From an uncultured Verrucomicrobiales bacterium (GTDB taxonomy: Bacteria > Verrucomicrobiota > Verrucomicrobiia > Verrucomicrobiales > DEV007), in NCBI GenBank assembly GCA_938091905.1, contig CALKOM010000022.1:1-64000 (forward strand): a DNA stretch of 64,000 nt. Direction: 5' to 3'. Both the position numbers and the translations under genes were made by a program. The stretch's first letter is position 1. Every line of letters begins with the position of its first letter. Of this stretch, positions 50,547 through 60,624 are shown piece after piece. The notes under the pieces were generated by a model. That model saw only the letters and a program-made list of their open reading frames with translations. It ran no database searches and had not been told where the DNA came from.

Positions 50547-51914
50547 CTAACGTCGTCGCCTCGTTGGTGCCGTCTCGGTTAGGTGTCTGAGGACGCCTTG
50601 TGCGTAGACGATGGTGACTATCGTCATGGCAATGTTGATGATGGCCATGCTGTACCAGAAGCCATGGAGTTGAAACTCGTAAATCCGGACCACGGTGTAG
50701 AAGACGCCAATAGGCAGAATGATCTTTCTGATTATTGATTCAACGAAGCCATACATGGGACGTTTCACAGCCTGAAGAAAGCCGGTATGAACAAAGGTCA
50801 TGACATATGCCCATTGAATGAATGTCATGACTCGGATATAATTGGTGCCGATAGAGATGACTTCGGAATCTTTGGTGAAGAGGCGCACGAGAGGCTCTGC
50901 GAAGGCGAACATGAGGACCGAAGCAACTGCAATGAGAACAATGCCATAGCATACGCAGAGCTGGACACATTCGCGCACGCGATCGAGTTTGCCTGCACCG
51001 TTGTTCTGGCCAACGACAGAGACGATGGCGGCACTGATACCAATGGCGGGAAGCAAGGCAATTTGCTCGATGCGTGTGCCTACGCCGAAGGCAGCTACTG
51101 ACACTTGTCCGTAGTATTTCAAGAAGTAGGTGGTAACAAAGAAACCTAAGGCGATAGACATCATGTTGAAGCTTGTGGGAACACCTTGCTTGAGAATCAT
51201 GCTGTAGGTCTTCCACTGCGGCATGAGGCAGTTGAGTCCCGTGAACCTGACGTAGCCCCGGCGCCAAACCGTGGTTAAGAGATATAAGCCTCCGAGCGCT
51301 TGAATGACGACGGTGGCCCAGGCGATGCCCGCGATCCCGAAGGCGGGCAGGCCAAAGCCTCCGTAGAGAAACCATGGATCGAGCACGAGATTAAGAAAGA
51401 AGCCGCCGACTAACACCCGTCCGAAGGTCTTGCTATCGCCGTTTGCTAGGAGAACGGCATTGCTCATGCTACTGAGAAGAAAGAAGATCGCTCCCCAGAA
51501 GAGAGGAGAAATGTAGCGGTTGGCGATGTCAAGATAGGCACCACTCGCGCCCATGGCCTTGAACAGTGGCGGAGCAACGGTCAATCCGATAACGGTGAGA
51601 CCAATGGCGCAGAGGAAACCTAGCGAGAACACTTGGGAGGAGAGGGCTATCTCTTCCTCACGATCCTTGGCACCGATGGCATTGGCTATTAAGGCAGAGG
51701 AGCCCCGTGCGATGCCTTCGCTCACGGCAATGATGATGAAGAAGACCGGAAATGAGAGTGCCAGGGCAGCCAATGCTGTCGTCGACACTTGGCCAGCGTA
51801 AAAAGAGTCCACGACGTTGTACATCGTGTTGAAGAAGAATCCGATGCTCATCGGCAGTGCGATGCTGCGGATGTGCTTTGGGATCGAGCCGGTGATCAGT
51901 GAGGCGGTGGCCAT
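50547..51914 (-). CDS. MATE-family efflux transporter
   Basis: YNVVDSFY, NLVLDP...GIAGIAWAT and VGQNNGAG motifs. Start at ATG 51914. Confidence 0.92.
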   Translation of the reverse strand: MATASLITGSIPKHIRSIALPMSIGFFFNTMYNVVDSFYAGQVSTTALAALALSFPVFFIIIAVSEGIARGSSALIANAIGAKDREEEIALSSQVFSLGFLCAIGLTVIGLTVAPPLFKAMGASGAYLDIANRYISPLFWGAIFFLLSSMSNAVLLANGDSKTFGRVLVGGFFLNLVLDPWFLYGGFGLPAFGIAGIAWATVVIQALGGLYLLTTVWRRGYVRFTGLNCLMPQWKTYSMILKQGVPTSFNMMSIALGFFVTTYFLKYYGQVSVAAFGVGTRIEQIALLPAIGISAAIVSVVGQNNGAGKLDRVRECVQLCVCYGIVLIAVASVLMFAFAEPLVRLFTKDSEVISIGTNYIRVMTFIQWAYVMTFVHTGFLQAVKRPMYGFVESIIRKIILPIGVFYTVVRIYEFQLHGFWYSMAIINIAMTIVTIVYAQGVLRHLTETAPTRRRR

Positions 51915-51957
51915 GGTTGTGAGGGAAATCTTGAGACTTCCGCTATGCCGACGTGAG

Positions 51958-52161
51958 TTAGCCGCCAGCGACGACAAGAATGATCTCTAACTGATCACCA
52001 TCAGCTACCACGGTGTCAGCATGTTCACGCTGACGGAGAGCGATGCCATTGTGTTCGACAAGAACGGGGCGTTCGCCAAAGCCTAGCTGGCTCAAGAGTG
52101 CTGTGAGCGCCATTTCCGAGGCGTCGAACTCTTTGGACTCGCCATTCAGTTTAAGAGTCAT
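51958..52161 (-). CDS. thiS: Sulfur carrier protein ThiS
   Basis: 67 aa, LNGE start, VEHNG, C-terminal VAGG; adjacent to thiH. Confidence 0.92.
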   Translation of the reverse strand: MTLKLNGESKEFDASEMALTALLSQLGFGERPVLVEHNGIALRQREHADTVVADGDQLEIILVVAGG

Positions 52162-52163
52162 TG

Positions 52164-53297
52164 TTAGTTGGGTGTTAGTATCGCTTCGTCCCAATCTTTC
52201 CAAACGGGGTCCAAGCCTTGAGCTCGGAGCATGTTCGCAACTTCTTCAGGTGTGCGCTCATCAGCGATGCCGAATTGCTCGGTGGCACGTTCGCAACCAT
52301 TGCCAGGGCTTTCTTCAAGCTCCTCACGGCGGCCGCGCACGGTCAGGTGGAGGTCTTCTGTTCCCTGGCCGGTGTAGCCGCCGGGTTCCGTGTGGCTACC
52401 GGCACTCATGGAGGTGATGCCCAGCGGGGCGATGGCGTCGCGGAGTGCGGCTGGTTCTCGAGTGCTCAGAACAATACCGACCTCCGCGAAACAAAGACGA
52501 AAGGCGGCTACGAGCTGAACAAAGTTTGGATCATCGAGTTGATACTTTGGTTGATACTCACCGGCATGGGGACGCATGCGAGGGAAGCTGATGGTGAAAG
52601 ATGCCTTCCAACAGGTGCGCATAAGATACTCGAGGTGAGCGGCGAGGCCCATCGCTTCAATGCGCCAATCTGCTAGTCCAAAGAGAGCGCCGATTCCGAT
52701 GCGCCTGAAGCCACCCTCATATGCCCGCTCGGGACACTGCAAACGCCAATCAAAGTTTTTTTTCGGACCCGCGGTGTGGAGTTCTTTGTAGGTCTCGCGG
52801 TCGTAGGTTTCTTGATAAACGACGAGGCCTTCGCAGCCGGCGTCGACCATGCGCCCGTATTCATCTGCTTCCATCGGCCCGACTTCGAGGGCGATGGTAG
52901 GTATGAACGTTTTGAGGGCGGTGATGCATTTCTCTAGATAGCCGTTGGAAACGAACTTTGGGTGTTCGCCAGCTACGAGAAGGATGTGTCGGAAGCCTTG
53001 GTCCGCGAGGTGCTTTGCTTCTGTGACGACTTGGGGAATGTCTAACGTGACACGGAAAATGTCTGTGTTGTCGCGGGAGAAGCCACAGTAAGTGCAGTTA
53101 TTCACGCACTCGTTAGACACGTAGAGCGGAGCGAAGAGCCGCATCGTCTTGCCGAAGTTCTGGCGCGTCTTCCGCTGGGCCTCATTCACAAGCCCCTCGA
53201 GCTCGCCGGGAGATTTGGGAGCGAGGAGATTCTCGAAGCGACGTAAGAGCGGGGATCGCTCGTTGGGAAGGCGGTTGAAATGGGGAACAAAGGACAC
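52164..53297 (-). CDS. thiH: 2-iminoacetate synthase ThiH (radical SAM)
   Basis: APLYVSNECVNNCTYCGF, LVAGEHP, YQETY, ISFPRMRP, LSTRE and QFGIADER motifs. Start probably GTG 53297, since the longer track ORF overlaps the upstream gene. Confidence 0.92.
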   Translation of the reverse strand: MSFVPHFNRLPNERSPLLRRFENLLAPKSPGELEGLVNEAQRKTRQNFGKTMRLFAPLYVSNECVNNCTYCGFSRDNTDIFRVTLDIPQVVTEAKHLADQGFRHILLVAGEHPKFVSNGYLEKCITALKTFIPTIALEVGPMEADEYGRMVDAGCEGLVVYQETYDRETYKELHTAGPKKNFDWRLQCPERAYEGGFRRIGIGALFGLADWRIEAMGLAAHLEYLMRTCWKASFTISFPRMRPHAGEYQPKYQLDDPNFVQLVAAFRLCFAEVGIVLSTREPAALRDAIAPLGITSMSAGSHTEPGGYTGQGTEDLHLTVRGRREELEESPGNGCERATEQFGIADERTPEEVANMLRAQGLDPVWKDWDEAILTPN

Positions 53298-53371
53298 GGT
53301 AGAGACCAACGCGGTGGCTTGGGATCTACCGCCAGCGCCATGGGAAATGCAAGGGCGGAAAGCCGCTTCCG

Positions 53372-55114
53372 TTACTCCGTGGCGATCCAGCAGTATTGGT
53401 AGCCTGAGAGCGGGATGTTTTTCGCCTCGTGATCGATGAAGAGCCCATCGGCGAGATTGCGGAGTTTGTGGTGGGTCTCGCTGTTCCAGTTCAGAGCAGC
53501 GAAGACAGTCGTCATTAGAACAGGCTGAGCTTCGGCCGTCACGTTGAAGAGGCAAAGTATACGCTGGCTGCTGTCCTTGGCGATTCTGACAAAGGCAAAG
53601 ACATGGTCTCCGATATTGAGTGTTTCCTGAAGGGCATCAGGATGGAAGGCGGGATAATTGGCGCGGCGGCGGAGGAGGGCACGGATCGCTTCGAAGATCT
53701 TCGAAGCGTTGCCATCCTCTTGGGTGATGAGATCCTCGACGTCTTGTTTGTTCCAGCGTTTGCGATTGATGGCGCGGAAGTGGCCGTGTTCTTGAACACC
53801 TTGGAGGTCATTCTCGGTGCCTATCAGGCTGTTAAAGTAGAGGGCGGGAATGCCGCGCATGGACACGGCGACGGCCTGTGAGCAGAGGAAACGTTGGCGG
53901 CCAAGGGCAGGGTCCTGTGCGTGTGAGAGGGCGGAGGCATACGTGATGTTGAGTTCGTAGGGGCTCTCCGAACCATCTTCCGTCCGGCGCATGCTGACAT
54001 GGCCATGGCGCTGCTCGACTTCTTCTACTAGCCATTCAAGATCTTCGTGGGGAAGTAGGCCGTGCAGCGGACGCACGCCGATGCCGTCATGGGAAGCCGT
54101 GAAGTTGAGAAAGGTGGTGCCTTCTTCGAGTGGAGGCAACGAGGTCGCCCATTGGCGTAGTTCGGCGCAGGTGCCTCTCAGCATACTGTAGAGCAGAAGT
54201 GGTGGTAGGCTGAACTGATAGACCATGTGGGCCTCGTCTCGTTGCCCAAAGTAACTGATGTTCTCTTCGTGCGGGACATTTGTCTCTGTGAGGAGAATCG
54301 TTTGCGGAGCCACCATGTCGACCAGGTCACGGAAGAGTTTGACGATCTCATGAGTCTCCTCGAGATGGATGCACGAGGTATTAGCGCGTTTCCAGAGAAA
54401 AGCGACCGCGTCCAAGCGGATGATCCGCATGCCTTTCGAGATGTAAAAGAAGAGGATATCAATGAACTCGAACAGGACGTTGGGATTCTGCCAGTTCAGG
54501 TCGACCTGATCAGCACTGAACGTGGTCCATACGTGTTGCTTGCCATCTCGAGTCAGCACATTGGTGAGCAGAGGCGAGGAGCGTGGACGGACGACTTTGG
54601 AATGGTCCTCTTCTGGATCGGCGTTTATGAAGTAGTGGTTGTACGGTTCGATTCCCTGCACGAAGTCTTGAAACCAAGGGCTCTCAGAGGAGCAATGGTT
54701 GAGGACGAGGTCGAACATCATTTGGAAGCTTTGGGAAAGAGCTTCGATGTCCTGCCAGTCACCATAGCGTGAGTCGACCTTTCGGTAGTCCACCACGGAG
54801 AAGCCGTCATCGGAGGTCCAGGGGGAGAAGGGGAGAATGTGGACCGTGCGGAAGGCACCAGGCAGGCGTTTTTCAAGGAAGCGCTTGAGCGTGACGAGCG
54901 GGCGCTCACCCTCGCATTGAACGATGTCGGCGTAGGTGATGAGCAAGGTGTCTTTCTCCGTCCAGCGCTCCGTTAGCGGAACGACGTTGATGCCGACGCC
55001 GTAGCGTCCGATCATCATGTGAAGGCGCTCAAGCAATTCAGGAGCACGATCGCCATACAATTTCACCAAGCGCTTGCGAATGCGCTCCATGGATTCTTGG
55101 GAAACGATCTTCAT
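53372..55114 (-). CDS. GH13_18 sugar phosphorylase, probably glucosylglycerate phosphorylase
   Basis: LITYAD, SDDGFSV, DLVLNH, WTTFSADQVDLN, RLDAVAFLWK, TETN, SHDGIG and YELN motifs. Confidence 0.85.
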   Translation of the reverse strand: MKIVSQESMERIRKRLVKLYGDRAPELLERLHMMIGRYGVGINVVPLTERWTEKDTLLITYADIVQCEGERPLVTLKRFLEKRLPGAFRTVHILPFSPWTSDDGFSVVDYRKVDSRYGDWQDIEALSQSFQMMFDLVLNHCSSESPWFQDFVQGIEPYNHYFINADPEEDHSKVVRPRSSPLLTNVLTRDGKQHVWTTFSADQVDLNWQNPNVLFEFIDILFFYISKGMRIIRLDAVAFLWKRANTSCIHLEETHEIVKLFRDLVDMVAPQTILLTETNVPHEENISYFGQRDEAHMVYQFSLPPLLLYSMLRGTCAELRQWATSLPPLEEGTTFLNFTASHDGIGVRPLHGLLPHEDLEWLVEEVEQRHGHVSMRRTEDGSESPYELNITYASALSHAQDPALGRQRFLCSQAVAVSMRGIPALYFNSLIGTENDLQGVQEHGHFRAINRKRWNKQDVEDLITQEDGNASKIFEAIRALLRRRANYPAFHPDALQETLNIGDHVFAFVRIAKDSSQRILCLFNVTAEAQPVLMTTVFAALNWNSETHHKLRNLADGLFIDHEAKNIPLSGYQYCWIATE

Positions 55115-56364
55115 GAGGGAAGGCTTTGCATGAGGGCCTGGAGCGTGGCCCGGAGACCAGTGTAGCCGAAGTGTTGCTTTGCAAGAGCGTAGTTGTGGTC
55201 GACCATGGCTCGCTGGGCCTCGGGGTCTGCCATGAGTTGCTGCACTTCCCCGACGGTTTCTTTGGCAACGAAGCCGTCGATGGAGATCACGCGAAAACCC
55301 TTGGGTTCGATGTCTTCGACATAGACCGCGTATCGATTGACCAGCACGGGTTTCCTAAAATAGAACGCCTCCAAGAGCGCGTTGCCAAAGCCTTCGTAGA
55401 GGCTTGGAAAGGTCACGAGATCTGCTTGGGGATAGATATCCCACAGCGTGTAGCATTTCTTGCCGTGGGCGTCCGTCTGACGTTCTTCGCTGATGCGTTC
55501 GGCTACGCAGCGCAGGTCGACGCCTTCCGCGCCGGCAATCTCCACGAGTTGGTCGTGGTAGGCGTAACCCTCGTCACCGGCGTCATGGGAGATGACGACT
55601 TTGTAGCGAGGATCCTTGAGCATGCCGATAAGTTTGATCGTGTGCTCAATGCCTTTGCGCGGGACGATACGCGTCGGTTGCAGCACAAGAATGTCGTCGT
55701 CAGCAAGGCCGATCTGTTGCCGGAAATCGGCACTGTAGTCATCGGGTTGAGGAGGTGGAGACTCGAATTGAAAGACGTTTGGAACTAGCATCGACCCCAA
55801 GCCCTTGCGGAAGGCGAGTGCTGTCTGGGCTGATGAATTGATTACCGCATGGCGAATATTTGGCAGCGATGGCGGGAAAGCAGCATCGAGGTGATCCTTG
55901 ACAGCCGTGATGCTGAAGCGCTCACGTTCCCAGTAGAAGTCGTGGTGGTGGGCGATGGCGGGTAGCTGCGTCTCGGCGAGAAACTCGGTGATGGCGAGCC
56001 CCAGCGGAAGGTGCATGGGAATGGTGAGCGCGTTTTGAGGGATGAGGAGATCGATTTCGTAGGTCTCAACGAAGCGGTAGAGGGTCGTTTTCAGATAATC
56101 AGCCAGGGTACGGATCCGTTCGGAAATGACCTTATCGCGGTGTTGGCGCCCCCAGATTCGTTCGGAAATCCAAACGTTCTCGGGATTGCCAAAGTAGGCT
56201 TCGGGCACGCAGAAACTCAGGGTGGGGTCACGATCACTCCGGCCGCTGTACCAGAAACACTGGTGACCTTCCTCAGACAGGACCTGTGCCCACTTCGCTG
56301 CCTCTAACGAAACGCCATCCGTGCCTGCAAACCTCGTTGAAATGAATCCTATCTTCTGAGCCAT
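55111..56364 (-). CDS. GT4 glycosyltransferase, mannosylglucosylglycerate-synthase-like
   Basis: STRFAGTDGVSLE, HHHDFYWER, QPTRIVPRKGIE and PSLYEGFGNALLE motifs. Start at ATG 56364. Confidence 0.8.
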   Translation of the reverse strand: MAQKIGFISTRFAGTDGVSLEAAKWAQVLSEEGHQCFWYSGRSDRDPTLSFCVPEAYFGNPENVWISERIWGRQHRDKVISERIRTLADYLKTTLYRFVETYEIDLLIPQNALTIPMHLPLGLAITEFLAETQLPAIAHHHDFYWERERFSITAVKDHLDAAFPPSLPNIRHAVINSSAQTALAFRKGLGSMLVPNVFQFESPPPQPDDYSADFRQQIGLADDDILVLQPTRIVPRKGIEHTIKLIGMLKDPRYKVVISHDAGDEGYAYHDQLVEIAGAEGVDLRCVAERISEERQTDAHGKKCYTLWDIYPQADLVTFPSLYEGFGNALLEAFYFRKPVLVNRYAVYVEDIEPKGFRVISIDGFVAKETVGEVQQLMADPEAQRAMVDHNYALAKQHFGYTGLRATLQALMQSLPS

Positions 56365-56515
56365 GAAACTTTGGGGGATTGCCTTCTTGTAGCTAGAGTG
56401 ATTACGGCTGGAGTAAAGCGGCAATCCACCACAGGGTAAAAGGCGATTACTGTGCCAAACGTTGAACAAATTCAGATTTACAGAAGGAACGTGCTTTCTA
56501 AGCTGAGGCCGAACG

Positions 56516-58057
56516 ATGGCAGATCCTCCTTCTACTCCCGGCGCCAGACGGCGTTTGGCCATCGTGCACTACCATTTCAAGCCGGGTGGGGTGACCACAG
56601 TGGTCGAGCACACCTTGGCAGGGTTGATGGTGTTCGCCGATGCGGAGGTGGTGATTCTCACGGGTGAGCCATACTCAGGCAAGGGGCTAACGAATGTGTA
56701 TCACGTGCCTGGGCTTTCCTATGATTCGTTGGATGAACAACGGTCAACACCTGAAGAGCTGGCAGAGGCCCTGCACGAGTTTGCTCGGGCTGGCCTCGAT
56801 GGGGAATTGCCCGAAATCTGGCATTGTCATAATCATGCCTTGGGTAAGAACAGCGCACTCCCTGGGGCGTTGGGTCTGCTGGCGCAGGCTGGACAGCGAT
56901 TGTTTCTCCATGTGCACGACTTTGCTGAGGATGGTCGGCCAGAGAATTTCAAGGTCCTCCGGGGCTCTGGTCCTGCCTACCCGGTATTGCCGTCGGTTCA
57001 CTATGGCACGATTAACTCTCGGGACCGCGGCTTGCTGATCGATGCGGGTGTTCCGAAGTCGAGGGTTCACGACCTCGCGAATCCGGTGGTCGCCCATAGC
57101 GAGGACCGTCATGCGACAGGAAAGCGACCTATTGTTCTCTATCCAACTCGTGGGATTCGACGTAAAAATATTGGGGAAGCTGTTTTGTTAGCGGCTCTGT
57201 GCCGTGATCGGGCTTTCGTCGCAACGACGCGTGTCCCAGACAACCCGCAGTGGCAGGGTGTTCACGATGAGTGGGTTTCCTATGCAGCGGAGAATGCGCT
57301 GCCCATCGGCTTTGGGGTGGTGGGAAAACAGAGTCCGGAGCGTTTAAAGCTTTCGTCAGAAACCGGCCGATCATTGAAGGCTTGGTTAAGTGCGGCTGCC
57401 TGTGTGCTCACGACTAGTGTGGCCGAGGGGTTTGGGTTGGCCTATGTGGAGTCTTTGCTCGATGGTCTGCCTTTGTTAGGAAGGGATTTGCCAGAGATCA
57501 CGCGAGACTTTGTCGATCAGGGCCTGGCATTCCCGGGACTCTATCAAGCCTTGCGTGTTCCGATCTCTTGGATAGATGAAGATGCGCTGAGTGATTTGGT
57601 CGAGGAACAATTGACTACTGTTTTTGAGGCGTATGAGAAATCGCTCCCACCAGGTGCGGTTTCTCGGGCGCTTTACGCGATGGTGGATCGTCATCAGCGC
57701 GTTGATTTCGGGCGCTTGACGGAGCCCTTTCAACGTGTGGTGATTGATAGGATCATTGCCGATCCCTCTGCGGCAAAGAAGATCATTGTAGAAACTCCAG
57801 GGGCGCTCGTGAATGTGATTTTCTGGCTGGATAGCTGGTTCGAGGAAGGGCTTGAAATCCCCAAATTGAATGAACAGCGCCGCCTTCTGCGCAAGATGTC
57901 TTCGCCTCGTGCTTACACCGAGCGGCTCACTTCTGCCTACGATGTCCTGGAGAATGAGCCTGTTGCGGACTCGGACGCTAGCCTCGAGTCCGATGTGGGT
58001 GTAGGTATACTAGAGGCGTTTCTTTCCCCTGAGAGGTTTCAACTCCTCCGGTCTTAG
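56516..58057 (+). CDS. Divergent GT-B fold glycosyltransferase-like protein
   Basis: HYHFKPGGVT, HNHALGKN, HDFAEDGRP, YPTRGIRRKNIGE and SVAEGFGLAYVE motifs. Confidence 0.75.
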   Translation: MADPPSTPGARRRLAIVHYHFKPGGVTTVVEHTLAGLMVFADAEVVILTGEPYSGKGLTNVYHVPGLSYDSLDEQRSTPEELAEALHEFARAGLDGELPEIWHCHNHALGKNSALPGALGLLAQAGQRLFLHVHDFAEDGRPENFKVLRGSGPAYPVLPSVHYGTINSRDRGLLIDAGVPKSRVHDLANPVVAHSEDRHATGKRPIVLYPTRGIRRKNIGEAVLLAALCRDRAFVATTRVPDNPQWQGVHDEWVSYAAENALPIGFGVVGKQSPERLKLSSETGRSLKAWLSAAACVLTTSVAEGFGLAYVESLLDGLPLLGRDLPEITRDFVDQGLAFPGLYQALRVPISWIDEDALSDLVEEQLTTVFEAYEKSLPPGAVSRALYAMVDRHQRVDFGRLTEPFQRVVIDRIIADPSAAKKIIVETPGALVNVIFWLDSWFEEGLEIPKLNEQRRLLRKMSSPRAYTERLTSAYDVLENEPVADSDASLESDVGVGILEAFLSPERFQLLRS

Positions 58058-58061
58058 TTGT

Positions 58062-58910
58062 ATGGTATCTCTGATAGAATCCCTCACCCATCCCCTTGTG
58101 ATGCAACCCACCGGGGAGACGTCAAGAATGGCTCCGCTAGCCGGAATCAAGGCGGTCGTCTTCGATATCTACGGTACCCTGCTCATCTCTGGTTCCGGTG
58201 ACACCGGACTGAACTGCGATGAATCCACAGCCGAGGCGGCGATGACGGAAGCATTCAACGCGGAAGGAATCGTGACGACGCCCACTATGGAGTTGGCCAA
58301 AGGGAGACAGCGGCTCATCTTGCAAGAACATTCCCGTTTAAAAGCGGCGGGCACAGAGTTCCCTGAAGTGGAGATCCGCGAGATCTGGAAACGTCTCCTT
58401 GCTGAATCACATTTCACCATTCCAGATGATCTGCTAGAGCGGGTTATCATGCGTCACGAGTGCGTGGTCAATCCTGTCTGGCCGATGGCTGGGGCGAAAG
58501 AGCTGCTCACCGAGTGCCAGAATCGCGGGCTATCCATGGGAATCATTTCCAATGCGCAATTCTACACGCGACCGCTTGTTGAGTATTTGTTAGGTGGGGC
58601 GGTGGAGGATCTCGGGTTTCGTAAGGATTTGTGTCTCTGGTCTTTCAAGGAACGAGAAGCTAAGCCGTCTCGAGAGCTCTTTGCCAGGCTTGGTGCCTTG
58701 CTGGAGCGGGAGGGGATCGCGTCGGGTGAGGTTCTCTATATCGGAAATGATATGCGCAATGATGTCGCGCCGGCTGCGGCTCAGGGATTTCGCACGGCTC
58801 TCTTTGCGGGAGATGCCCGCTCGCTTCGTAAGCGGGAGGATGATGGTCTCACGGTGAGACCGGATCTCATTTTGACGGACCTGGATCAATTGATCTCCTG
58901 CCTTTCTTGA
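58062..58910 (+). CDS. HAD-superfamily hydrolase (putative phosphatase)
   Basis: FDIYGT, ISNAQ, KPS and IGNDMRND motifs. Confidence 0.85.
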   Translation: MVSLIESLTHPLVMQPTGETSRMAPLAGIKAVVFDIYGTLLISGSGDTGLNCDESTAEAAMTEAFNAEGIVTTPTMELAKGRQRLILQEHSRLKAAGTEFPEVEIREIWKRLLAESHFTIPDDLLERVIMRHECVVNPVWPMAGAKELLTECQNRGLSMGIISNAQFYTRPLVEYLLGGAVEDLGFRKDLCLWSFKEREAKPSRELFARLGALLEREGIASGEVLYIGNDMRNDVAPAAAQGFRTALFAGDARSLRKREDDGLTVRPDLILTDLDQLISCLS

Positions 58911-58942
58911 ATGATGGACTTTCGGTGACCGCTTAACTAACG

Positions 58943-60595
58943 TTGGTCATGCCTGCGTCGAATTCAGCTGTGGAGACCTACCTTGCTAAGGCGGCGAGGC
59001 GTCGACAGTGGGTCGAGTTCGGCCGTCAGGTCGTATGTATGCTCTGGATCCTTGGAGGGCTCTTTTTGATTTGGCTTTTGGTTGCTCGGCTTTCTGCAGT
59101 GATTTCAGATAGACATGCCGTGGCTCTCCTAGGTGGTCTCCCCGTGGTTGCGGGGATTCTTGCCTGGTTCACCCATCGAAGAGTTTCAGAGAAAGAGGCC
59201 GCGACGGTGGTTGATCGCTATGAGGGCAACCACGATCTCTTTCTCACGGCGATGCATTTGAATGAAAGCTCGGGTGACTACCAAGAGCAGATTCGCGAAC
59301 GAGCAGAGGCGAAAGCAAGCGTGGAAGCCCCGCTTGGAAAGATGATTCCGTGGGCTTGGCAGAAACCGTGTTTTCGGTTGTTAGGTGGACTGCTAGTGCT
59401 GGTCGTCGCTCTTCTCTTTCTACCTCAGCTGGACCCCTTTGGGAAAGAGGAGACACGAGACTGGTTGACCAAGCAGGAGGAACGCCTGGAAGAGCTTCGG
59501 AAGAGGAACGAGGAAGCCCGTGCTTTGCTGAAGCCAGAGGACACTGAGCAGCGAGGGGAAGAGATCGCTCAGGCGCTCTCCAAGCTTGAACAAACGTTTC
59601 AGCTAGCGCGTCCTGAGCAGCAGGAAGCCACGCGCAAGGCGTTGCGGGACCAGCAGAAAGAGTTAGGCAAGTTTTGGCAACAGCTCGACGACGAGAAGCT
59701 GACCAAAGCGCTCGATAAAGAGAGCGACCGCTGGCAGAAGATCGGACAGACCGAGGCTTCGATGTCGCCTGACGCGAAGGCTATGCGGGATGAGCTTCGG
59801 GAGATGCTTCGCAGTGGCGATGCCAAGAAGCTGCAGGATCGCCTGGCGGAAATGCTAGAGAAAGTTGAGAAGCAGCAGCAACAGAATCAGAGTGGGGAAT
59901 CTAGCGAAGAGCAAGCGGCGCTGAAGGACAGTTTGCAGGAACTCGCCAGCGCCATTTCAGCGGTGTCGCCATCGGATCCGCTCAAAGCAAGTTTGCAGCG
60001 TGCGATTGAACAGATGCAAATGGCTCAGAACCCAGATTTACAAGATCAAGCCATGGAAGGTGCGCAACAGTCCATGGAGCAATTGCAGAAGCAGATTGAG
60101 TCTCTAGCCGAACAGTTAAAGCAGTTGAATGACTTGGAATCTGGTATGGATGCTGCTCAGCTCGCCCAGCAGCTTAATGAGCTTGGGCAAATGTCGGGCC
60201 AGGAGCCGGGAGGCAAGGGCATAAAGAGCTACGCTGATCTTTACAAACAGCTTCTCGCCGAGTCGCAGGGAGGTGGAGGTCCAGGGATGCGAGGACAAGG
60301 TACGGGCGAGGGTGGGGTGGCCCCGGAGGATGTCAGCTTGGCCACGGGTTTTAAGAAGGAGCAGTCGCCGTCACATCTTGTGGCTGGGAAGACCTTGCTA
60401 CAGTGGCAGACGAAAGAAGCCTCGGAGGCGGGGCAGGCAACGGACGCTTATCAGGAGTCTATCCAGCAGCTCAAGCAGGGCTTGAGTGAGGCTATTCGTC
60501 AGGAGAAAGTGCCTGCAGGTTACCATGATCAGATTCAGCGCTATTTCGATACGTTAAAAGAAGAGCCTGCGCCCGATGCGGATGGCCTTGACTGA
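58943..60595 (+). CDS. Membrane-anchored coiled-coil hypothetical protein
   Basis: N-terminal TM helices, long Q/E/L-rich helical region, Gly-rich linker, C-terminal VPAGYHDQIQRYF. Confidence 0.75.
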   Translation: MVMPASNSAVETYLAKAARRRQWVEFGRQVVCMLWILGGLFLIWLLVARLSAVISDRHAVALLGGLPVVAGILAWFTHRRVSEKEAATVVDRYEGNHDLFLTAMHLNESSGDYQEQIRERAEAKASVEAPLGKMIPWAWQKPCFRLLGGLLVLVVALLFLPQLDPFGKEETRDWLTKQEERLEELRKRNEEARALLKPEDTEQRGEEIAQALSKLEQTFQLARPEQQEATRKALRDQQKELGKFWQQLDDEKLTKALDKESDRWQKIGQTEASMSPDAKAMRDELREMLRSGDAKKLQDRLAEMLEKVEKQQQQNQSGESSEEQAALKDSLQELASAISAVSPSDPLKASLQRAIEQMQMAQNPDLQDQAMEGAQQSMEQLQKQIESLAEQLKQLNDLESGMDAAQLAQQLNELGQMSGQEPGGKGIKSYADLYKQLLAESQGGGGPGMRGQGTGEGGVAPEDVSLATGFKKEQSPSHLVAGKTLLQWQTKEASEAGQATDAYQESIQQLKQGLSEAIRQEKVPAGYHDQIQRYFDTLKEEPAPDADGLD

Positions 60596-60624
60596 GTCCA
60601 TGGGCTCGCACACCATCCGGGCTT

